Source of the DNA: Vicugna vicugna
Taxonomy: Eukaryota
Reading direction: 5' to 3'
NCBI GenBank assembly: GCA_013265495.1
Contig: MU063897.1
Location: 2,427,220 to 2,491,219, forward strand
Length of the DNA: 64,000 nucleotides
The notes under the pieces were generated by a model. It had not been told where the DNA came from. It saw nothing but the letters and a program-made list of their open reading frames with translations, and made no database searches. The position numbers and the translations under genes are program-made. Below, in pieces: positions 25,579-37,500 of this stretch (its first letter is position 1; each line of letters starts with the position of its first letter).

Positions 25579-28500
25579 CCATTTCTGCTCCTACAGGGGC
25601 TCATTAAATAGTCCCACAACGACAGCCTTCACTGTGTCTGACTGCCCCCTCTCGGATGAGGCTGTCAGCACACCCCCGACTCACAACAGGAAGGGCGGCT
25701 TCCCACCCACAAGAAGGTGTCTGTGTGTGCGGGTCCTGGAATTCGGGAAAGGATCTATGCAAGAGGGAGGGGCAACAGGGCCCCTGTGGGAAGGGAAGAG
25801 AGAGATAGATAGATAGATAGATAGATAGATGACAGAGTTGAGATGTCACAGTGGGAGGCAGAAGAGAGGCTCCTCTACTGAAGCAGCAGGGAGAAGCAGC
25901 TAAGAAGGGAGAATATGGGGTGTCAGACAGCTCAGGCTGAAAATCGGCTCTGCCACTTACTAGCTGTGGGACTTTGGGGAGATACTTCCCTTCTCCGAAC
26001 TGCAGCTCTCCGTGTTGCTTTGAGGGTTCAAGGAATCCTGGGTGAAGTGCCTGGCTCCTGCCTGACTCACTGGGTGAGCTCAATGTATGACAGCCATCGC
26101 TCTTGGCGGGGGATCGGCCCCACCTTGCATCCCACACTCACCCACTCCCCGGAATGCGGGGACTTGTCATGGCTCCAATCACGCCATCCGTTGCCAGAGT
26201 GGCTTTTAGCGGCTCGGACTCAAACCACTGATCCAGCACCTGGACAGCAAAATGGCAAGGAGAAGGGCTTACCTTGGGAGGAGAGGCTGCCGCACTGTGA
26301 GTTCCTGCCTGCGTCCGGGGAGCCCCTCACCTTGGCAATGGGAGCTGTGAGGACCTGGTAATACTGGGGCAGCCGGGCTCCCACTATGCGGCCTAAAAGA
26401 GGAGATCCACAATACATAAACTGAGACAGGCAAGAAGGGAATACGCTGATCTGTAATGTTTCTGCATCAGTTTCTTTATCTGTAAAATGGGAGTAATATT
26501 TTGTACTCTCAAGGGCTATTGTGAGGATTAAACAAGTTATATAAAACATCTGCAAGTCCACAGGCACTTTATACATTTTAGCTGTTAGAATTATTTGGGG
26601 GAAATTTAAAATTTGTATCTTGATCCCTTACTTTGAACTTTGTGAGGCCCCCTACCCTGGGATGCCATGGCTTGGCTAATCCATTCCTCTGATAAAGATT
26701 CAAACTATCTCAGAGAGTAACTAGGCACTAGGACCTTGAAGGCAGGGATCGTGATCTCTAGGCATTGTAGCCCCAGTGCCTAGCTTAGTGTTCGGCACAT
26801 AGCAGTTGCTCAATAAATGTTTACTACATGAATGTGTATTGCATGAAGCTCCTTGGACCGGTAATCTGAGAGGCAGTGCCTACTCTGGGCATTTGTGATA
26901 GATTCTACTGGCTCTGATCCTTCACCCGTCGCCGTGTCTACACGCTTTGCCATGTAACTCTGCACTGCCTCCCACCCTAGCTGAGGGGACCTGCCCTGCT
27001 CCTTGATTCTGGGCTCATCCGTGTGATTTGCTTGGCCAGTAGAACATTTGCAGCTGTGATACAAACAGAAGCTTGAAACTGGTCAGAAACTTGATACTGG
27101 CTGGCACCTCGGGTCTTGCCCTCTGTGCTTCTGCCACTGACGTAAGAAGGCCAGGGCAGGACTAGCCTGCAGCTTCTGAGAAGAGGACGAGAGGCACCTG
27201 GAGAAGAGCTGCTCCAGCCACAAATACATGCGTGAGACCAGACCACATCAGCTGAGCCCAGCTGAACCATGCAGACACATGAGAAACAAATGGATATTTT
27301 TAAGCCACTGGAGTTTTGTAGTTCATTATGGAGCAATTTTGTGATCACAGCTAACTGATTCAGTATTTTTCTAGAATATAGAAGCTAAACTGGTCTTTGT
27401 GCCCTAGAGGAGTGCTAGAAAATAATAGCAGGCTTGGTGAGGCTTCCCTTCTCATGCCCAGGGCAGACATCACTAATTCATCACAGATTTTTTTTTCTTG
27501 CTGAGCCTAAATCTGGCATCCTTCTTGTATGGGGGCATCTCTCCAAACTCTCTGGCCACTATCTCTTATTCCAGCCATGGCTATGGTGACGAGCCCCATG
27601 CAGGCTCGGGTCAGCATCACACAGTGCAACCTGACAGCAGCTCGCCTCCGACCTGGAAGATGTGCCCCTTCATTTCTTCCCTGGGGCTTCTCTGGCACCA
27701 TGACAGGACACCCACGGGAACCCACCTGGCCCCACAGATGCACAACCCAGAAGTTAATGCCCATGGGGAATTGTTACCCCACACGACAACTTCTGACCAC
27801 TGGGGCACAGAGCCCAGTGGGTAAATGTTGCCCCTGTCTTCTCTTGGGACTGGTTCTCACAGGCATTTTGTAAGTGGTGCCCTGCTCAGTAACACACCCT
27901 GGTGTTGACTTACCCTCTTTCCAGATTCTCCTCCTTTCTCTGGGATCCCCCTTCAGAATTAACCACTTGTACAGAAGCCCTGGTCCCAGGCTCTATTCTT
28001 AGCCATGCCAGGCTAAGACCTTCTCGCTCAAAGTGCTTAAAGTGCTCCTATTAATTGATGGCAGTGGGCAGGCTGCCGTGGAGTCTCAGGCTTAGTCCAG
28101 CCATTGAGAAAATGGGCACAGCCATGTGAAGGCCCTCACATGCCCCAGTGCCTGCCCTGGGACTTACCCGCCTGCAACAGGGGCTTGAGAGTGGAGAGCG
28201 ACTTGAGCCTCTGGAGCAGGGAGCCCCGCCAGAAGGCTTCCACATCCGCTGGGGCTGCGTCCAGCAGAGGGTCAATGGCTAATGCCAAGCGACTCATGAA
28301 TGCTTCATATTTGGGAAAGGCCTGGAAGAGAGCTCTGAGTCAGGGCCCTTCTGCCCCCGTGCTCTGCCCCCCATGCCACCCCACATGGCCTGCTGCCTCT
28401 CAGCTGAGCTTTGATGGTTCCTCCGGCTTCAGGCTCACACGTGGCTCAGCCTGGCTGTGCTGAGTTACTCCTGGGTCTAGGTCCACGCACAGATGTCCAC

Positions 28501-31500
28501 CCTCAGGGAGGTCAGAGAGGGCGTGGGTGGGAGGGGAGCCACCAGGTGGTAGCAGGGACGAGGAGTTAATGCTGGTCGAGACTAGTCACCATGGAAAACT
28601 GGCAAGTATCCTAGGATGGGGCTGCCGTAGTAAAACAAAAACCATTGAAAAGTTTCTTCTCTCTGTCTTGTCTTTCTATACATTCCTGGTAGAAGTTAAG
28701 ATCTCTTTCTCTGTATTCTAATACGTTGATGGTCCTTTCCTGGTCTGCAAGTCTCCCACGTCCCCCCGTCATCAGCAGAATCAGAAACTTGCCTACCTTC
28801 ACCCCTCAATCTCCCTCTAGAGAATCCATTTCAACACGCTGGTTACCACCCCACCCCCACCCCTGGATGGCGACTAAGGACTAAGGAGCAGCGATGGATG
28901 ACTCTGCTACCTGAGGTCCTCCCTTAATTCTCAGCCCCGAGTTTTTAATGTTTGATTCATCTAGACTCCTGGATATACTTGTGGAATTTTACCTGTTACA
29001 TAAAGAAAAGTTCAGTACTAAGGTACACTGGAGAAGCCTTGATAAAAATGAAGTTAAACAGCTTTCTCTGCAGCAGGCCTTTAATGTGACAATGTGCAAA
29101 GATAAAACCAGAATTCAGGTTCCTTACTTTCTATGGGACGTGGCCTCTGCCTCGTGTTCCTGTGGTCACAGCACGCATGGCCATAGCCACTGTCCTATAG
29201 GCCCAGGGACCTGACCTTGACCTAAATCCTCTCTGGTATGTCTGAGATGAATAGCATTGGGAGGAGAGGGTGTAGGCAGTGAACCCCAACCTACTGCACG
29301 AAAGAATCACTTGAGGGGCACTTAAGAAAAAAACAAAAGCAAAGCTCCCCAAGTGGTCTGATCATCAGAGATGATGATCAGAGAGATGCTGTGTGCCTGG
29401 GGGTCTCTGGTTTTACCCAGCACTAGATCAGCACAACAAAAAGCAAAGCACGTGGATTGTATTAACCCAGGTTCTTCCTGTAAAATTGTCTCCACGAAGA
29501 TATGAGTTAATGCTATGCCTTTAGCTTGTATCTAAGCTGGGTACAAAATAAATGGCAACTCAAAAAGTCTTTTTATATCTGCAAAACCAATCACACCAGC
29601 CCTGCTACATTCAATGACTCATCTAGACAATGCTACCCAACACATTCCTTCCAATGCGATTCCAAGAAAAAAAAATGTGCCTTCTCCATCAGATGTGTGC
29701 ACTTCCTTTCATGAGACCTGCACGCCTTTTTGGACACACTCTTGCCTTGGGCTGCCAGGGGATGACGCCAAAGGGAATGAGTATTATTACAACTCTCTTG
29801 CCCTAAATTCCTGATTCAGTCTATTCTATCCTTAATTGTCTCTGATTCTCCCTTCATCCTTTTTTGGCCTTCATGTGCTTTATTATTGATAACTACCTGG
29901 AATTCTGTCTGAAAGCAGGAGAGGTAAAAAGCACAGACAGTATAAGGACATGTTGGTGGATTCCCCCTTTGAAATTCAGCAGGTGGAGGCCACCGGAACA
30001 GTGGCCTCATACTGAACACACCCATGTTTGAAAGTCTCCAGTGCCCACTGGTCTCCATCACTGTCCTCCGTCCCTTCCTGTTGGCAGCGCCCAAAATCAA
30101 AGGCTTGCACTGGGCCCTCTTAAGGCAAGTCGGGTGGCCTGTCCAAGCTCCTGTGGCCTCTGGACAACCGGATCCAGGACAACTCCAACCAAAACCACCT
30201 CCTTTCCAGAGTGGCCTCCAGGCTGAGACAGAGGAGGAAATCAGTCTCCAGTCACTTTCCCTACCTCGGCATCCTTTCGGGAGAACTGGGCGATCTGCTT
30301 CTGGTTTTCTGCCATGTCTGTGCCCAGCAGAAGGGACCTGGGCACCTTGCTCCCGGCATTCTCTTCCAGCATCGGGGTGAAGGAGTGGGGGTTTCGAAGA
30401 TGAAGCCTCAGCCCATGTTTCTGCAGAACAGACAGCACAGGTAACATTCGAAGGGATCTGCCCTTGACCCTTCTCTGCCTGTGTTTGTGTGAGCACTCAG
30501 GTACTGCAGACAGGTTCCCAAGGCATGTGGTCCTGGCTCCTATTTTTGATATAAGAGTATAACCCAGGCCCCCTACAGCAGAGCTTACCACACCATGTGG
30601 TGCTATCCAGTGCTGGGACTGTACCAGAGTTTACAATGGTTACATCACAATGGCTCTGTAAATATATCATCCTCATTGTGCAGATGCAACAACAGAAGCT
30701 CAGAGAAGTGAAATAATTCGTCCAAAGTCACATGGGGAAGTGGATTCTGGTTTCAAAGCCACATCCCTGTGACTTCAAAGCCCTGACCCTCAGTGCTAGT
30801 CTGTAACTGCCCTCATTTCAGAAGTAAGTCATTAAAATTTAGAAAGACACAACAAAACCACAGTTATGTGAAAATCCATACCTACAAGGCAGATGAATTA
30901 TTCACCTCAGAAAAGTTTTATTTACTTTGCAGACTCATTTGCTCCAGGGCCACTTTAAGGGGAAGTTCCGCTGAGGCGTTTAACACACGATTTGATTCAC
31001 GAATACTTGACGAGTGCACCGCCTGTTCCAAGAGCACATCCACTTCGTCAAAGAAGGTGGAGGTAAAACAAGAGGAGCCTGTGCTGCCCCCCAAGTAAGA
31101 CTGGCTGTTCCCACTGGAGACTTTCTTTTTCTTAAACCACTTTATCAAAGCCTGACTGACATACAAAGTGCTGTACGTGTTTAATACATGCAACTTGATG
31201 TATTTGGCCTCTAAAGACTTCTTTCCCCAGACACCTGGCCCACTTCCTCACCTCTCTGAGGTCTTTGCTCAAATGTCGCCTGAGAAGCAAGCGCCCTCCA
31301 CACCCCCAGCTGCCTGCCCCCTCTCAAAAGTGCTTTATTTCTTTATTTCTGCTTTATTTCTCCCAAAAGCTCTTATCACCCCCTGGCTCGTTGCGAGCTG
31401 CATCTTTCTCCGTCTCCCCAGGTGGACTGTAAGCTCTACGCGCTCAGAAGCACAGTCTCCTTACTCAGCGCTGTATCCCCAACATCTAGAAATGGTACTG

Positions 31501-34500
31501 TCAGTACCTAGTCTGTTGGCTGCATAAATGAATGCCATGTCATAGACAAGATACCATCCCAGAGGACAGAAGTGAGACCTGTGGGCGGAAGTTTTAGGAA
31601 AACCTGAGGAAACCAAAAGAGACTTGTCCAGTAATTACAACAGAAGCTTCCCTGAACCACAGAAGTTCCTGATGGCAGGACCACCACGGCTGACTAGTCT
31701 GCGGAGGTGAGTCTGAATGCTGGTGGGGGCCGGGGCCGGGACACCTGCAGGAGCCTCTCTAGCACTGAGAGGGGAAGTTTCTTTGACTCCAAATTAGAGG
31801 AATGTCAGCTTGGTTCCTCTTAACACAGTGAACTCTTTATCACCCGGGAGATATCCTCAGTTCCTCTTTGTCTCTCACCCTTGGCATCCCAACTGTCACC
31901 AAGCCTCACAGCTCAGCCTCCAGACCTTGTCCATGTCCCCTCATCTCCTCTGCCCTGACTCAGCCCAAGCCACCATCTTGTCAACCACCCTGCAACCACG
32001 GCTGCTTCCACCACAGTCCACACCACCCAGCAGGTGGATTGACCTTATTAATTTCAAACTTTCAACTTAGGGCAACACTGGCGCTGAAGTGCTGTCAGCT
32101 TTGTGTACAGCTAGCACAGAGGACCCTTTTCTCCAAGGGGTGGTGACAGAGGCCCCGAGCAGGTAAGCTGAGTGGGCTTCAGGAATGCGTGACCGCGTTG
32201 GCTGGTCAGAGAGGCAGGGAGGGTGAAAGGGGACAGAGCAGGCAAGAGTGGAGACCAAGGTGGAGCTAAGAGGAGTAGATGAGGGCAGACTGTGAGTTCA
32301 CGGGATGCCCTCAAAGTGAACCAGGAGCCTGAAGACATGAAAGACGCCGAGTCCGATTCCTTTTCAAGCTGCTGAGGATGGCGACAGGTTCTCAAGGGTG
32401 ATGAGGGCAGAAATTGGGTTCCGGGTCCTGAGGCAGCTTTGTAAGCTCTGATGCCTTAGGGTCCTGGCAGGTTTCCTGTGGGGCCCAAAGAGGACCCTGG
32501 AAGTGATGGGGCAAGACAGAACTAGGATCCCGCCAACCCATATAAGGTGCCAGCCCGTGCAGGTGTGTGGTAACATGGGCCTGATGTTGACAACGCTTGT
32601 TCTTGGAGAAGTCTGATTTGTATGTGAAATTTCCCCATTTTTAAGACACTGGGTGCAGACAAAGGCAGTCTGTGAGCAGGCACCAAGGAGACCACGGGGA
32701 ATAGACACACCCTCCAAGGGGAGAACAGCAGCTGTCCACCCTCCCAAGCCCCCAGACGATGAAGCAGGTGGACACACACACACATACACACACTGAACCT
32801 TCAGCTCCAGCTCAGTGTAAATCTGCGGCCGCAGCAGGCTGAGGAGGTAGGATGCTCGGGAAAACTTAAATCCTGAAAACAAATGGGACAAAGACACTCA
32901 GCAGCGGTCACCAGTGGTCATCCCCCATGCCCCTCACCCCACCTCTCAGGCTCACCTGGGATTATCTCCTCGGTGACAGCCGCACCTCCGATCACGTGGC
33001 GTCTCTCGAACACAGCTGTGTTCACCCCCAGTCTCTGCAGGTAGGCCGCCTGGGGTGGGGGGCAGACAGGACCGTCCCTTTATCCCTGGAGGCCGACCCG
33101 CCGCTCAGAATCCTCGCCACCGGGCTGGCACAAGCTGTTTCTGCCTCTGAGATGCGGTTCCCCTCACTCCCCCGTAAATTCCCACTGCCCCAGACCTCCT
33201 CTAAGGCCTGCATGACTGCTCCTGCCCCCGCACCTCCCAGCGGAGAGTGACCTTCCCTCCTGCAAGGCCTGGTGCCTCTGTGAAGTCACGCCACCGCCGT
33301 CTCCAGGGTTCGCCCTCCACATACGCCCGAGGCGGCCCCAGGAGCCAGCCTTGTGAGTGCTGAGCCCCACCTCCCGGTTCTGCTCCCCTTCTCTCTTTCT
33401 GCTGGGGCGGCCCCAGGACCTAATCCATCTGGCCTCAGTTCCCTCATGTGTAAAAACGGTGCTGCCGCTGATAACACTCACTATGCCTGCTTCTTGGGGC
33501 TGCTGTGGGGACGCTCTGAGCTGGTCCCTAGAAGGGGCTTACACAGGGCCCCTGGCACGGAGGACGTGCTCCATCAGTGGAGCTATGATTATAACACAGC
33601 TTTATTTGGGGGAACAAATGATGCAGGGGTTTTTATTCATTTTTCTCTAGCTCTAGTGGGAAATCAATAAATACTTGTTGAACTGAACTAGTCCTGAGTC
33701 TACAGACCTAAAATGCTGATCGTCCCACCACTATCACCAAGGTGACAAGTGGGATGGTGTAACTCAGAAGGAAATTTTAAAAAGTTCATTTGGCGACTAC
33801 TGTGTGCCAGACACTGTGCAGCCATCATCTCATACAGTCCACCCATCACCCTAGAGGAGGGCACAGTGAGTCTCCCCATTTCCTAGATGATGAAACCAAG
33901 GCTCAGTGAGGCTAACAGCTCAGGATCCCAGAGCTGATGAGTAGAGGTGTCAGGAACTGAACCCAGGCAGTCTGGGCCCAGAACCTACACTCCTGACACA
34001 TCCTAGTAAGAAAGGAAAAAGAGCAGCCCTGACATGACATTTGGAAGCTGGCCTGGCCTTCAGAGGCAAGTCGGGTTTCTCCTATTAGATGTGAACAATC
34101 TCAGAATGACGACCTCAGACAAGGGCAGTCTGAGACCACGGCAAAACGAGGCAGAGCAAGCCCACCTGCAATTTTGTCCAGACACAAGTGAAGACACGGT
34201 CTCTGGGCCGCCACAAAATACCAAACGCCCCTTCTCTGGACCGAGATGCGTGATGGCCACTCTGCACGGTGACCGCTCTCCTCGCGCATGGTTTATAGAG
34301 AAGCCCAGTCACAGGACTGCCCCCTCTACCGGAGCGTATCCAATCTAGAGCAAAGCCCGACTTCCTCAGGCTCTCCCCGAACCACCCAACCAGAAAGCAC
34401 GTCCTAGAACGGGTTCTTCCTGACACCTTCCTATTCTGGGAGGCCCCGCAGTTCCCCATGGTGTGCACTCTCCCCACCCAGCTGGAGGAACGGCAGGGCT

Positions 34501-37500
34501 GTGCCTGGGTGTGCCCAGGACCTGGGACAACAGGTCACCCGCTGTGTAAGGCTTTAGGAGCCAGGCCCTTGGGGCACATCACGTATCGACTCCCTTCACC
34601 ACAGTTCTGTGAAGTGTGCACTTTTATTCTCACTTTACTGTGGCTCAGAAAGATTAAATGAGTCGCCTTAACCTTCACAGATGGAAAGTGGCCGAGCTGG
34701 GAGACAAACCCAGGTTTGTATTAATATAAAATCAATGTTTTAAATCATTGATCAGTTAAATAGTGTCCCCTGTGAAAGGTTCAAGTAACACTGATATGAC
34801 AGGGAAAGTATTAAGACCAACACAAGGCAGGAGGGTATAGCTCAAGTGGTAGAGTGCATGCTCAGCATCATGAGGTCCTGGGTTCAATCCCCAGTACCTC
34901 CTTTTAGAAAGTAAATAAGTAAACCTAATCACCTCCCCTCCCAAAAAAGAAAAAAGACCCAGCACAAGTCTCACAGCTCCCCTACAATGCTAAGTCCCTG
35001 CATTGCTGTTCTAGAGCCACCCCTGCTTCAGGAAGATGTTCCCTGCTTGTCCTGCGGCCTGAATGCCCTCTAGCACACACTACGGCCTCCTAGGAGTACG
35101 CAGACCCAGGTTTGAGAAGCACAGCCTGCGGGTAACCCTGGCCCAGCTCAGCTGTGCGGTCAGAGTGCCCCAAGCTCCAGTTACCTGATCCCCAGGCTCC
35201 AACCTGCCTCCCAGGCTATGCCCATTACACGCTTTCCAAGCTATTTATCACCTCGCTTTTGAACGCTCCATGACTCTCCCAAGGTCATGGGGGAAATCCA
35301 TGAGCATTAAGGAGAGGAAAGGCCGGGGGCACCTGATTTCCCCCTTAATGACTGCAGAGTCCATTTGAGCCAGCACCAGGGTGAGAGGACTAGCTGGCTT
35401 TTCTTTCTCCCCTGTGGCCCTCATCCTGCCGGCTTCCTTACACTGCTGAGAGCCACACACCCAGGGGCCAGTGAAGTGGGTGGGAGGGGGAGGGACTCAC
35501 AGCCACCAGCCCGTTGTGTCCTGCAACGAGACAGAGGGGAGGGGAGGAAAGCAACAGGGGTCAGTGGGCAGACACATTCCTTGAGGAGGGTGGCCATCCA
35601 CCCCTGTCTCCACGCCCGTGAGGTCCTAGAGAGCAGGCAGAACTTGGGGACCCTCTTGCCTGTACCTGGATTTTGGAACAGCATCTAGCTCGATGCCGTA
35701 AGACACCCAATTTGTTGGGAATCAGAAAACACTGATTCTTGCCCTGGATTGAAAACAGCCCTGTCACCTTGGCTTGGCCAGTGGCTGGTGCTGGAGTGGG
35801 GACAAGGAGAAATCCACAGTCATCAGATGGGAGGTATCCCACGAAGCCTCCGATTGCTGGGCTTCCATCACTTCCCTTGGGGATGAGCGGGTGACTGTCA
35901 GAGGGCGGGTGACAGGGACAGGGAGGAGCATGGCCGGTATCTGGATGCTGGGCATTCCTGGCTGGCATGGAATTACCAGCTGTCTAGTGAGTGCTGGTCA
36001 CGTGGACGGAGCTGCCGAGCATGGCTTGTTTTGCCCAAGTGTGGTTCCCATCAGTGCCCCAGAAAGCTTTAGTCACATGGGGCATCTCTGTCAATTCCCA
36101 GGGTTCCCCAAATAAAATTGGAACAGTTCAAAATGAATTAAACACACCCGGCTTCAGTGGGCACTAGAGTAGCCAGGTGTGCTTCAGAGGTGCCAGCTTA
36201 TTTGGCAGATTTGTCTGTATTATAAAGTTTCTTTCCAAAAATTTTAGGTGGGCTGCCCTTGGGGTAGGAGCCCTGAACTTGGCTTGGGATCCGGTTTCAC
36301 ACCAAGCCCTCTGCTAGCAAGTGCCTCTCCAGCTCTGAGAAGCTTCAGGACCACCTGAGAACTCATGTAAATGCTGATTCTCAGACCCCGCCCCAGAATC
36401 TACTTAGCAGGTTCTGGTCAGGGACCTGGAACCGACTTTTCACAAGCTCCAGGTCATCCTGATGCAGGTGGTCTCAGACTCACAGGCCGAGCATGTGGGC
36501 CCTTGGGTTGGGGCCGTCCCCCTTCCTTACTCTCAGGGTAAAAAGCAGTGGCTGGAGAAGCCCTTGTTTTCAGGGAGGGGGCCAGGCCTCGCCTGGGACA
36601 CTTGGCACACATTTCTCCTTGGTGACAGAGGGTCATTCTGAGTCGTCAAAGATGTCACGAGATATGTTTTCTGAGTGCCAACCTGAACCCAAATTGCCTT
36701 AAATAAAAGACTCAACCATTAATTTGACACAACATCCACAAACGAGTGGCGGCAATGACCCACGTGATGGATTTCTCATGGCTGAGCTGATTTTGTTTTC
36801 CGTTTTCCACATAGACTCCCAGAATTTTCGAGGTCATTGAGCCAATTTCTCATTCGTTAAAGGAACCTCTGAAATGGAGTGTTAAAAACCTCTTTGACCG
36901 TGATCCACAGGAAGAAATGCATTTCACTCTGTAACCTGGCACCCAAACCCCACCCCACCCCATATAAATGTGTTTCACAGAAACAAAAGTTTCAAGAGCT
37001 AATATTAAGTCATCATGTGATAAACATGTGATAATCTATTTGATTACATACTTCACTGAAAATACTGGTTGCCATAGTACTATTTTTAGGTGCTTTTGAA
37101 AATTTTCTTAAGAAAGTTTTAAAAAAAAGCGGGACAGGATTCATGAATGGACTGCAGCCTGAAGTTTGAAAAGCCCTGCTCCCAAACACATATGATACAT
37201 TAAAGGCAGACGGTCCTGGGCTCGTCCTGGCTTCTGCATATGTAAAACACAGGGGCTGCTGGACCTGCACCGTTGCAGAGGGAGTAACCAGTAATACACG
37301 TAAAGAACCAATCCCTCAGCAGACCACAATACATGGCAGCTATTTGTCTTTTAATCAATGCTGATCATAAATCCTGGAAAACTAATAAAGGCTTCCAGGC
37401 AACAGGGTCCAGTTCAACGATCAGATATGAGCCCACAAATGAGCAAACAGACTTCAGATGACAAAGGGTGAGGGTCCAACAGCCCAGGACACTTGACCAT

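Noticed and set aside
29371-29470. C/D box snoRNA from ATGATGA
   Set aside because: No CTGA D box at a suitable distance on either strand.
29816-30496. 226-aa minus-strand ORF
   Set aside because: Off-frame overlap of PYROXD2 exon 5 plus intron; no homology recognised.
30793-31098. Plus-strand ORF ending [11 protein letters not shown] with some CpG retention
   Set aside because: Antisense intronic, no ATG in good context, no recognisable family; protein-like look probably chance.
34830-34901. tRNA gene
   Set aside because: Has A/B boxes but continues into a SINE body and A-tail flanked by a TSD; no clean acceptor stem.
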